From assembly GCA_964526645.1 (NCBI GenBank), contig CAZGJN010000013.1, forward strand, positions 2,631 through 66,630: a DNA stretch of 64,000 nt, read 5' to 3'. This DNA comes from an uncultured Saprospiraceae bacterium. GTDB lineage: Bacteria > Bacteroidota > Bacteroidia > Chitinophagales > Saprospiraceae. Below the pieces are notes generated by a model. That model saw nothing but the letters and a program-made list of their open reading frames with translations. It had not been told where the DNA came from and did no database searches. A program made the translations under genes and the position numbers. Shown here piece by piece: positions 9,427 through 17,504 of this stretch; positions within the stretch are counted from its first letter, which is position 1, and every line of letters starts with the position of its first letter.

Positions 9427-9461
9427 TTTGCAATAGGCGAGGTTTTGTGCTCTGCAGACAG
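9427..9461 (+). repeat. intergenic repeat module M1, copy D (diverged)
   Basis: TTTGCAATAGGCGAGGTTTTGTGCTCTGCAGACAG. It shares GTTTTGTGCTC with copies A and C. Its TTTG..TA.GGCGAG prefix resembles 13355-13372 (TTTGGCGTAATGGCGAG). Confidence 0.45.
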
Positions 9462-9681
9462 TGAAAAGGAAAATAAAATGCACAATCCTGTGCGAAATTA
9501 AAAGAATTGCAAGCCGACACAAAAGCCAACGCTTTTAAGGCAACTTTTTATTTTGCCCGACTACACCCAAAGCCCACCCACCACCCTGACATTCAGTAGT
9601 CTGACAAATTTTTTTCCAAATTCCCGACCGTTTTGAGCGGCTCAACAGTCAAAAGGGTATCAACAACAAAAAGATACTCTT

Positions 9682-10482
9682 ATGACAAATCTCAACAACA
9701 AGGTAGCCGCTGTTTTTGCTGCTTCTGGAGCAATTGCAGGTGCGGTTGCTCAATCATTTGCCCGACACGGAGCAAAAGTGTATGTATCCGCTCGAAACAT
9801 TGAAGCCGTAAAAAAATTGGCAGATACAATTAAACAAGATGGTGGCTGGGCAGAAGCAGCACAGGTGGATGCCATGAATGAAGGCGAAATTGAAAACTAC
9901 ATCCAAAAAATTGTAGCGGACAATGGAAAATTGGACATTGTATTCAACGGAATTGGGGCAAGACCAAGCGAAAGTGATTACGGCACTTACACCACCCAAA
10001 TTTCCTTCGAGCAGTTTATGAAGCCCATCCATTTGCACGTAGGCTCGCAATTTCTAACTTCACGAATCGCTGCAAAATATATGATGCAAAGCCGATCACA
10101 GGGAACAATACTAACACTTACCGCCAGTTTATCAAGACTAAAATTGCCTTTTATGGCTGGTGTTACCGCTTCTTGCACTGCTATTGAAGGCTTGACAAGG
10201 GTTATGGCTGCCGAGTTCGGACAAGCGGGCATTAAAGTGATATGCATCAACCCAACGGCTATGCCCGAAACACGAACCATTCAAGAAACCTCTGTGGCTA
10301 ATGCCAAGGCAATGGGCATTTCAATAGAGGAATTTGGAAGAATGCAAAGTCCTTCTTTATTGGGCAAACCACTATCATTAAAAAGTATGGCAGACGCCGC
10401 CGCTTTTTTGGTAAGTGATGCAGGTGCAGTGTTCAATAGCCACATTATGGATGTAGATTTTGGAAATATGTCCGTTATTTAA
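9682..10482 (+). CDS. SDR-fold protein, atypical (catalytic Tyr/Lys apparently replaced)
   Basis: Rossmann N-terminus 'AAVFAASGAIAGAVA'. The usual 'Y-x-A-S-K-A-A-x-E-G-L-T-R' stretch reads 'VTASCTAIEGLTR'. Confidence 0.75.
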   Translation: MTNLNNKVAAVFAASGAIAGAVAQSFARHGAKVYVSARNIEAVKKLADTIKQDGGWAEAAQVDAMNEGEIENYIQKIVADNGKLDIVFNGIGARPSESDYGTYTTQISFEQFMKPIHLHVGSQFLTSRIAAKYMMQSRSQGTILTLTASLSRLKLPFMAGVTASCTAIEGLTRVMAAEFGQAGIKVICINPTAMPETRTIQETSVANAKAMGISIEEFGRMQSPSLLGKPLSLKSMADAAAFLVSDAGAVFNSHIMDVDFGNMSVI

Positions 10483-10506
10483 TTGCTAACCTTAAAACAG
10501 AAATAA

Positions 10507-10881
10507 ATGAATCATATCATCAAATTAGGAAAATGGTTTTTCATACTTCCTTTCGCAATCTTTGGCTTCTTACATTTCGGACCATTAGAATTTAGTTTGC
10601 CATATGTTCCCAAGTGGCTTCCATTTCCCGCATTTTGGGTATATTTTGTGGGCGTTTGCTTTTTTGCTTTCACCCTTAGTGCCATTATCAAAAAATACGA
10701 CAAGTTAGCGGCTGTGCTTTTAGCCTTGTGCTTATTTTTATTTGTAATTCTTGTTCACATTCCGGGTGCAGCAGGTGGCGATTTTAAATCTGTCATTGGG
10801 GCAATAAGAGATATAACCATGTGCGGTGCAGCGTTAATGTACGCAGGTGCATTTGCAAAAGATAATCGCATAATCGGATAA
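10507..10881 (+). CDS. DoxX-family small membrane protein
   Basis: 124 aa with four hydrophobic helices, placed between oxidoreductase genes as DoxX genes commonly are. Confidence 0.65.
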   Translation: MNHIIKLGKWFFILPFAIFGFLHFGPLEFSLPYVPKWLPFPAFWVYFVGVCFFAFTLSAIIKKYDKLAAVLLALCLFLFVILVHIPGAAGGDFKSVIGAIRDITMCGAALMYAGAFAKDNRIIG

Positions 10882-10882
10882 A

Positions 10883-11920
10883 ATGGAGAGAAGAAAAGCA
10901 ACTATAAAACAATTTGGTTCGGCAAATGAAATTCAGATTTCTACTGAAGATCATTTGCCCGAACTAAAACCCAATGAGGTTTTGATAAAAATAGAAGCAT
11001 CTACCGTTTCGGCAACAGACATTATTATACGTAAAGGCATTTATCCTTTGCTTAAAGAAAAACCACCTTTTACATTAGGTTACGATTTTGTTGGTTGCAT
11101 TGAAGCCATTGGAAGCAATGTAACCAAATGGAATATTGGCGACCGTGTGGCAGATGTTTGTATGACAGGAGGTAATGCCGATTACATTAGTCGCAAGGAA
11201 AATAGCTTATTAAAAGTGAACAAAGAAATAAATGCGGAAAAAGCTGCTTGTTTGGTAATGACTGGTATGACTGCTTTCCAAATTTTCAAATCGCTAAACT
11301 TAAAAAGTGGCGACAGTTTTCTTATTCACGGTGGGGCAGGGGCAATAGGCACTACTTTAATACAACTTTGCAAACTTAAAAACATTAAAGTTGTTGCTAC
11401 TTCCTCTACCTCAAAAATTGATTTTCTTAATTCGCAAAATGTGATTGCAATTGATTATACCAACTCAAATTATTTTCAATCGCTTAAATTAAACGCAGGT
11501 GATGGTTTTGATGCCGCTGTTGATTTCACCAATCAAAGAAGTTTCAATCATTCATTTCGTTTGCTTAAAAAAAGTGGAAAACTCATTACCTGTGCGGTGT
11601 TTACATCTGGCAAAAAAATTAGCAAGAAAACGTTTTTCAACTTTATTGGCTTTGGTCTTGACTTTGGGTTGATGATGATGAAATTAGCGATTTGGAATGT
11701 ATTGCCAAATGGCAAGTCTGCTTCTTTCTTTGGCATATTGGACAGCAAAAAGAACAATCTGAACCGATTTCAAAAAGATTTTGATGAATTGCAACAATTA
11801 GTGTTAACTAAACTGATAAATCCACATATACACCAAATATTTTCTCTTCCCGAAATTGCAGCGGCTCACCAAATACTGGAAAGCGGAAAAGCAATCGGAT
11901 TTGTCGTAATCAAAAATTAA
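10883..11920 (+). CDS. MDR-family zinc-type/quinone oxidoreductase
   Basis: 'VLIKIEASTVSATD', 'FLIHGGAGAIGTTLIQL'. The start lies 2 nt after the DoxX stop. Confidence 0.8.
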   Translation: MERRKATIKQFGSANEIQISTEDHLPELKPNEVLIKIEASTVSATDIIIRKGIYPLLKEKPPFTLGYDFVGCIEAIGSNVTKWNIGDRVADVCMTGGNADYISRKENSLLKVNKEINAEKAACLVMTGMTAFQIFKSLNLKSGDSFLIHGGAGAIGTTLIQLCKLKNIKVVATSSTSKIDFLNSQNVIAIDYTNSNYFQSLKLNAGDGFDAAVDFTNQRSFNHSFRLLKKSGKLITCAVFTSGKKISKKTFFNFIGFGLDFGLMMMKLAIWNVLPNGKSASFFGILDSKKNNLNRFQKDFDELQQLVLTKLINPHIHQIFSLPEIAAAHQILESGKAIGFVVIKN

Positions 11921-11937
11921 ATCACGAACTTTAAACA

Positions 11938-12273
11938 ATGAATAAAGCGGAACAACTTTATACCGAGATTGGCAAAGGCATAATGGATGCAAAAGCAGGA
12001 AATATGTTTGGTTGGAAATGTTTTAAAGTAGGCAAAAAGCCTTTCCTGTTTTTTGATAAAAACTCTGAAAATGCAATGGTTTTTAAATTGGACAAAAAAG
12101 GAGTAAACGATGCTCTGAGTTTAAGCGGTTGTGAGATTTTTAATCCGGGCGACAAAGGCAAACCGATGAATAATTGGGCAACTGTGCCTTATGAACACAA
12201 AGAATACTGGAAAGCATTTGCTTTGAAATCTTATGAACTCATTCTAAAAGAACTAAAAAATGCAAAACGATAA
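11938..12273 (+). CDS. small hypothetical protein (TfoX-N/YjbR-like by eye)
   Basis: 111 aa. 'GNMFGWKCFKVGKKPFLFFDKNSENAMVFKL' is reminiscent of TfoX_N/YjbR-type folds. It overlaps the sigma-factor gene by 14 nt. Confidence 0.4.
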   Translation: MNKAEQLYTEIGKGIMDAKAGNMFGWKCFKVGKKPFLFFDKNSENAMVFKLDKKGVNDALSLSGCEIFNPGDKGKPMNNWATVPYEHKEYWKAFALKSYELILKELKNAKR

Positions 12274-13093
12274 TACACTTAAAGAAGCGTTGAATGGAAA
12301 CATTAATGCTTTTCAAAAACTCTTTTCGGAGTTTCAAACCCAATTGAAATCGTATCTGTATCGGCTACTTACAGATAGAAACGATGCAGATGATTTAACA
12401 CACGATACTTTTGTAAAAGCATTTGACAAAATTGCTACGTTTAAAGGTACATCTTCCTTAAAAACTTGGGTATTTACCATTGCTACACATTTGGCATACG
12501 ACCACTTAAAGAAATACAAACGCTGGACACCCGATGCACAAGACCAATCCAAGGCATTGGCATTAAGTAATAAAGATGTATATGATGCTATTAACTTTGT
12601 TAGTTATACAATCGGTGAAGGTGCTTACGAAATGAAAGAACACATTGACTTTTGCTTTACTTGTATTTCAAAAACTTTGCCCATAGAAAACCAAGTGGCT
12701 CTAATCTTAAAAGACATTTATGATTTTTCGGTGCATGACATTTGTCTGATACTTGAAAAGACGGAAGGCGTTGTAAAACACTTACTCATTGACGCAAGAA
12801 AAACAATGACAGAGATTTTTGACCACCGTTGTGCATTGGTAAATAAAAATGGAGTGTGCAATCAATGCTCTGAATTAAATGGAGTGCATAATCCCAAACA
12901 AAATCAACAAGAGGAATTGATGAAATTGGAATTGGTAAAAGCCTCAAAAAAATTCAACAGAGAAGAATTATTTGAATTACGGACGCAATTGATAAAAGTA
13001 ATAGACCCTCTTCGTGGCAAGGGTGCAGACTTACAAGACATCATTATGAAATGTACCCGCAAGGCGATTGGCGAAATTGAATCATTAAATTAA
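12260..13093 (+). CDS. ECF-type sigma-70 family factor with Cys/His clusters and a ~85-aa C-terminal extension
   Basis: Region 2 is 'DADDLTHDTFVKAF...LKTWVFTIATHLAYDHLKK'. Region 4 HTH is 'LPIENQVALILKDIYDFSVHDICLILEKTEGVVKHLL'. An HxxxCxxC motif ('HIDFCFTC') sits in the linker and 'HRCALVNKNGVCNQC' follows region 4. Confidence 0.8.
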   Translation: MQNDNTLKEALNGNINAFQKLFSEFQTQLKSYLYRLLTDRNDADDLTHDTFVKAFDKIATFKGTSSLKTWVFTIATHLAYDHLKKYKRWTPDAQDQSKALALSNKDVYDAINFVSYTIGEGAYEMKEHIDFCFTCISKTLPIENQVALILKDIYDFSVHDICLILEKTEGVVKHLLIDARKTMTEIFDHRCALVNKNGVCNQCSELNGVHNPKQNQQEELMKLELVKASKKFNREELFELRTQLIKVIDPLRGKGADLQDIIMKCTRKAIGEIESLN

Positions 13094-13105
13094 ATCTATC
13101 ATAAA

Positions 13106-13297
13106 ATGAAAAAGGTAAAAATTGCACTTTTGATTATCAGTGCACTTCTGATCTTGTTGAATCTGTTGTCCATTGATTTTAATAATTCATCATGGACGAA
13201 CAATCGGAGCAGTTATTTAGGAATACTATCTATGATTGCATTGGTGGCGAGCCTTTGGATCAGCATATATTCCGATAAGGCGAAGCACAAGAGTTAG
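13106..13297 (+). CDS. small two-TM membrane protein (hypothetical)
   Basis: 63 aa with two hydrophobic helices. It starts 12 nt downstream of the sigma-factor gene. Confidence 0.45.
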   Translation: MKKVKIALLIISALLILLNLLSIDFNNSSWTNNRSSYLGILSMIALVASLWISIYSDKAKHKS

Positions 13298-13402
13298 ATA
13301 CGACGGTGAAGTCGTTGGCAAATGGGAGCGAAGAAAAGTAGCACTTAACGGCAGTTTGGCGTAATGGCGAGTGAAATCTTGTCCACCACGCCTGAGCAAG
13401 CT

Positions 13403-16231
13403 TCACCCCAGTTGATTGAGATAACTATATAAATCTTGATCATGACGTAGATTGAGTTTTTTTCGCAACCGCGAGCGACTGACATTTATACTTGATGGCA
13501 GTATATTTAGGATTTCTGAAATTTCTTTGGAGTTCAATCCCATTTTCAGGTAGGCACATAAGCGAAGGTCATATAAAGATAAATCAGGGAATTGTTCCCT
13601 CATTTTTTGAAAAAACGCCTGGTACAAATCATCTATTTGAATTTCAAAGATTTTGCTATCTGTTGTTTCCAGATGTAAATCTAATAAGCGTTTTATTTCC
13701 ATCCAATGCAATTTGCTTGTTACGGCTTCATGCTGTATTTCATCTATTTTTTCTTTCAATAGGCGTAATAGCCGATTTTTATTCTCGTTATCTCGAGATT
13801 GCTTCGCCAATTCTATTTTTTTTTGTTTAATCTGCTGTTTCAAAAGCTGTTGTTCTTGCTCCAATTGCTGTTGCTGTAGGAGCAAGGCTTCCTGTTTGTA
13901 CTTTTCAGCCTGTTCTTGCAAAGCATTCTGTTCTTGTTCCTGCAGGATTTTCTTTTGCGCGCGCAATCGAAGATTTTGCCATGCTCGTATAAGGAAAAAT
14001 AGCAAAATCACCAGTGCAGTATAAGCTAAATATGCTAAGTTGCTGCGGTACCAGGGCGGTGCGATTTGGAAAGTGACTTCGGTTGTATTAGAAACTTTCC
14101 CGTCCACTTTACCTCTTATTTTTAGTGTGTAGCTACCTTCCCAAAGGTTCAGGAAATCAACAGTGGTGTTTGTTGTCCAATCACTCCATTCTTTCGAAAA
14201 ATTATTGAGTTGGTATTGATACAACGCCTGACTTTCATGTGGAATAATATATTGGATACTCAGATTATTAAGTGAATACGGGATGGATGCATTCCATGGA
14301 ATCAATTGCCTGGTCAGGTTATTGAATACTTCTATTTTTCGGATGAGTAATAAGGACCTATTACTTCTTTTAGGAACTGCTGATGCCTGTACAAGTGCAA
14401 AGCCATTATAAATTGGATAAAACTGGAAATTGGTATCGAGCGGGGTCGTCGTATATATGGCATCGGGCAGCCCGACGATATTTTCAGGTACCTTGTTGAT
14501 GCCTTGCTGAACGAACTCTTTTTTAACCGGATCATACCAATATCGGTATCTATTGCTCAAAAGGTTTATTCCTCGTTCATCTTTCAGCAGGTACAATGCC
14601 CCTCCGGCGAAGGAAGCTGCCGGAAAAATGATTCTGTTTTGCGGATAAAAATCATCGTCCAGTTCAAAGCGTATTAAACCGTAATTTGGGATATTCACCC
14701 AAAAGATATTGTCTTTTTCGTTGAGTAATTGATTGCAAGAGCCTAAGATGAGTGCTAATTTTTTTAGAAAGGTGTATTTGCCGCCCTCTATTTTGAAAAC
14801 CGAAATCCCATTGTAATTTCCAGTAAGCAGGTACTCGTTTTTGTATCGAATAAAATTCCATACACCGGGTTCATTATGAACGGATTGTAGTGCATGCCCC
14901 GATACCGTGAACAAGCCCTTGTCGTGTCCGCATAAAATCGTACCATCGAGTTCCCCTATCGTCCAGACTTGCCCTTCCGAGCCTTGAATAAGGGAGAATG
15001 GTTTTGTGTTTACATAATTGTTGAGTGCTTCCCATTTGGCATGGTACAATCCCTGGTTTGTACCCAAGTAAAATTGATCCTTATAGAGTAAAGCAGATTG
15101 TCCACTCCCGTAATATCCTTGATAATCAATAAAATAAGTAATGTTGTTGTATAAATGGATGGCAGCGATACCATAATCCATTCCGAGCCAAATCATGCCA
15201 TTGGCTGCATAGTGCATACTCAGAATGGTATTGTTCAGCAATCCGTTTTTCCTGTTAATATGCTGTATGATATGGCCATCCAGGTCCGTGATATACAATC
15301 CGTTGAGTATGGTTCCGAAGGCGTAATAGGAATTGTCTATTTGCATAGAGCAAAATACCTGATCCTCTTTCAAAGAGCCGGAAACGGCATTGTTCAGTGG
15401 AGACAGCTTTCCGTCGTGCCATAAAAACAAGCCATTGTATTTGGTTACGAGGATCAAGCCGTTTGGGGTTTCAAATACGCCAGCAATCTGAAGCGGAACT
15501 TCATTGGGATATTCAAACAGCAGCTTTAGCGTCATTCCATCGAATACATAGAGTCCATTTTTCTTGTCTGTCAGGTATATTTTATCCTTATTTTGAAAAC
15601 TACCTGAAAATCGCGTAGGTGCCGCAATTTTTGTGAGTTGTTTGTTTTTGTAAACATAAATGTTCGTAAACGAGACAAATACGACATAGTCTTTGGTACA
15701 GAATACATCCCAAAATTCTTCGTTTTCTTCATTTGGATTTTTGCTAAAGGGATACAAAGAGGTATATACGAATTGCCCGTACTTATTTTTATTCCATACC
15801 CCGAAATCCAAATCCGAACCCGAATAAATAAGCGAATCGTTGACTACCGACAAGGAACGTGTGTACCCCTCGCTTCCTTTAAATTGATTCCAGGTTTGTC
15901 CATCGTATTCCAGTAAGCCGGCATTGCCTGCCATGTAGATGATACCGTTTTTGGCAGAGGCTATATCCCAAATTTTTCCATGGTTTTTATAATGCGCAGG
16001 GCTGTAATTATCAATCCAGGGTACACCTTTCTCAGCGATCTTTTGCGCATGAAGTGCTTGAAGACCGAACAGGAGTAGCCATAAAATGGACTTTTGTTTA
16101 AGCCGAAATAAATATATCAATACTAAAATTATTTCTGGAACAAGTAGCTTTGTTGTAAAACTAAATTTCATTTGGAGAAAAATATAATCCGACCCAATAT
16201 AATTCAGAATCTCGTCGGCGATTTTATTCAA
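13403..16231 (-). CDS. membrane-anchored one-component regulator: beta-propeller (Reg_prop-like) plus Y_Y_Y sensor, TM helix, Gln-rich coiled coil, LuxR-type HTH
   Basis: 'YQYQLNNFSKEWSDWTTNTTVDFLNLWEGSYTLKIRGK' is Y_Y_Y-like. TM helix 'LAYLAYTALVILLFFLIRAW'. Coiled coil 'EQEQNALQEQAEKYKQEALLLQQQQLEQEQQLLKQQ'. C-terminal 'LNSKEISEILNILPSSINVSRSRLRKKL'. No HisKA, HATPase or REC motifs were seen. The true start may be M21 (nt 16171), immediately before the signal/TM segment. Confidence 0.8.
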   Translation of the reverse strand: MNKIADEILNYIGSDYIFLQMKFSFTTKLLVPEIILVLIYLFRLKQKSILWLLLFGLQALHAQKIAEKGVPWIDNYSPAHYKNHGKIWDIASAKNGIIYMAGNAGLLEYDGQTWNQFKGSEGYTRSLSVVNDSLIYSGSDLDFGVWNKNKYGQFVYTSLYPFSKNPNEENEEFWDVFCTKDYVVFVSFTNIYVYKNKQLTKIAAPTRFSGSFQNKDKIYLTDKKNGLYVFDGMTLKLLFEYPNEVPLQIAGVFETPNGLILVTKYNGLFLWHDGKLSPLNNAVSGSLKEDQVFCSMQIDNSYYAFGTILNGLYITDLDGHIIQHINRKNGLLNNTILSMHYAANGMIWLGMDYGIAAIHLYNNITYFIDYQGYYGSGQSALLYKDQFYLGTNQGLYHAKWEALNNYVNTKPFSLIQGSEGQVWTIGELDGTILCGHDKGLFTVSGHALQSVHNEPGVWNFIRYKNEYLLTGNYNGISVFKIEGGKYTFLKKLALILGSCNQLLNEKDNIFWVNIPNYGLIRFELDDDFYPQNRIIFPAASFAGGALYLLKDERGINLLSNRYRYWYDPVKKEFVQQGINKVPENIVGLPDAIYTTTPLDTNFQFYPIYNGFALVQASAVPKRSNRSLLLIRKIEVFNNLTRQLIPWNASIPYSLNNLSIQYIIPHESQALYQYQLNNFSKEWSDWTTNTTVDFLNLWEGSYTLKIRGKVDGKVSNTTEVTFQIAPPWYRSNLAYLAYTALVILLFFLIRAWQNLRLRAQKKILQEQEQNALQEQAEKYKQEALLLQQQQLEQEQQLLKQQIKQKKIELAKQSRDNENKNRLLRLLKEKIDEIQHEAVTSKLHWMEIKRLLDLHLETTDSKIFEIQIDDLYQAFFQKMREQFPDLSLYDLRLCAYLKMGLNSKEISEILNILPSSINVSRSRLRKKLNLRHDQDLYSYLNQLG

Positions 16232-16491
16232 ATTTTGAAATTTTCTCTGAAATCAAAGTATTGATAGCCACGCAGCAAAGTCGGAATAAGTAGTACAACC
16301 CTCCACCTTGCGAAAAGTTGAGCAAAGGCGCTTTGGGGCAAATTCAGGCTAGTCCATTGTCCTGGATTGAAGGGAATATCCATATAGTTAATACCCGCAA
16401 TGTTTGAATAAGCATCGCCACATATTGCAATTACATCCGATGTATTTCTTATAGGCGGTACAAGAGCGCCCGTTGTGGGTTGAATCTGCAT
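16228..16491 (-). pseudogene. collapsed remnant of a glycan-binding repeat module (relic ORF, 87 aa)
   Basis: 'PIRNTSDVIAICGDAYSNIAGINYMDIPFNPGQWTSLNLPQSAFAQ' matches repeat 2 of the 788-aa lipoprotein in two pieces: 'PTKNPANVLSIFSDAYANIPGTDFNPNWGQ' and 'GWSSIDIPLSAFAG'. There is no signal peptide, and a TAG lies directly upstream of the ATG. Confidence 0.45.
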
Positions 16492-16568
16492 CTAAATAGC
16501 CGCTAAAACATTAAAATAGTTGTAAAATATTTCATAATGAAAATTTTTAAAGACGAACTGTTGCGTTG

Positions 16569-17504
16569 TTAGTTGGTATTAAAAATTGATTCCATCACTT
16601 TTTTGGGCGTTCGATTAATATAGAAAACACCCCAGTGTTTCTCTGGCTCAAGCGGTTCGGGAGAACCTTTCCAGGATTCATCAAAAGCCTCAAAGAAGAA
16701 AGTAGGTATATTTTGCGCTGCCGTCCAGCACATCAAGTCTTCATAATATATTTTTTGATTTTCTTCGCTGACGTGTTCAGGGGCAATTCCCCTTCCGTTT
16801 GAGTTTGTTGCCCAGCCAGCTTCCGTAATCACCACCGGCTTATCTGGGTACAGCTGAGCGACAGCATCGTAGTTTTCCTTCGTATACTCCAGCGATTCAT
16901 GGATTTTTTTGTATTCCCAAACAGGGTAGGTATGTATTGAAATAAAATCTACGACAGCAGCCAAGGGCTTTAATTTGCTTAGCCAGGGCACATAGTTTTC
17001 GCAATAGGTAATGGGTTGTTTCGTTACTTCCTTTACACTTTTTGCGTATTCAATGACTTGATTAACAGACACATAATGATCCGTCCAATCAACACAGGCT
17101 TCGTTACCCACGGAAAGAGAAAAAATTATTTCAGGGTACTGATTCGCGAGTTTTATGAGTTTATGAATTTTTTGGGCATTATTTCTTCGATTAAGGACTA
17201 ACTGTGCTTCCGAATACACGCCGCCGCCCCAGGGGCAGCCAAAATTGTTCATTTCCGCTTCGATATAAGCACCGAGCATAATCCTCAAATCCAGCTTTTC
17301 TTGTTTTATGACTTCCAGAACGGTTTCACTGTGCTGATCTACATCATAGAGCCTGAGGTATTTCCAATGAGGCTGCAACAACTGCAAGTCTTCTTTTACC
17401 TCATCATAAGTCGGATAGATTCCTCCTGGCATTTGCCCCTCTCGAAACCCCGAATAACATATCCCCTTCGCTGGCGCTAATCCTATAGCAGTAAAGGCGT
17501 TCAT
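16569..17504 (-). CDS. GH17-like beta-1,3-glucanase/transglycosylase, no signal peptide
   Basis: 'LSVGNEACVDW' (acid/base context) and 'VVITEAGWATNSNG' (nucleophile context). The start overlaps the upstream GH17 stop (ATGA). Confidence 0.7.
   Translation of the reverse strand: MNAFTAIGLAPAKGICYSGFREGQMPGGIYPTYDEVKEDLQLLQPHWKYLRLYDVDQHSETVLEVIKQEKLDLRIMLGAYIEAEMNNFGCPWGGGVYSEAQLVLNRRNNAQKIHKLIKLANQYPEIIFSLSVGNEACVDWTDHYVSVNQVIEYAKSVKEVTKQPITYCENYVPWLSKLKPLAAVVDFISIHTYPVWEYKKIHESLEYTKENYDAVAQLYPDKPVVITEAGWATNSNGRGIAPEHVSEENQKIYYEDLMCWTAAQNIPTFFFEAFDESWKGSPEPLEPEKHWGVFYINRTPKKVMESIFNTN

Noticed and set aside
280-9681. The intergenic modules read as canonical integron attC sites.
   Set aside because: No RYYYAAC...GTTRRRY pairs occur at the expected 50-140-nt spacing. 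The best candidate is the imperfect hairpin CATCAAC...GTTGATG at about 363-437, which does not fit the consensus. No integrase is in view. I kept this only as a low-probability hypothesis within the findings.
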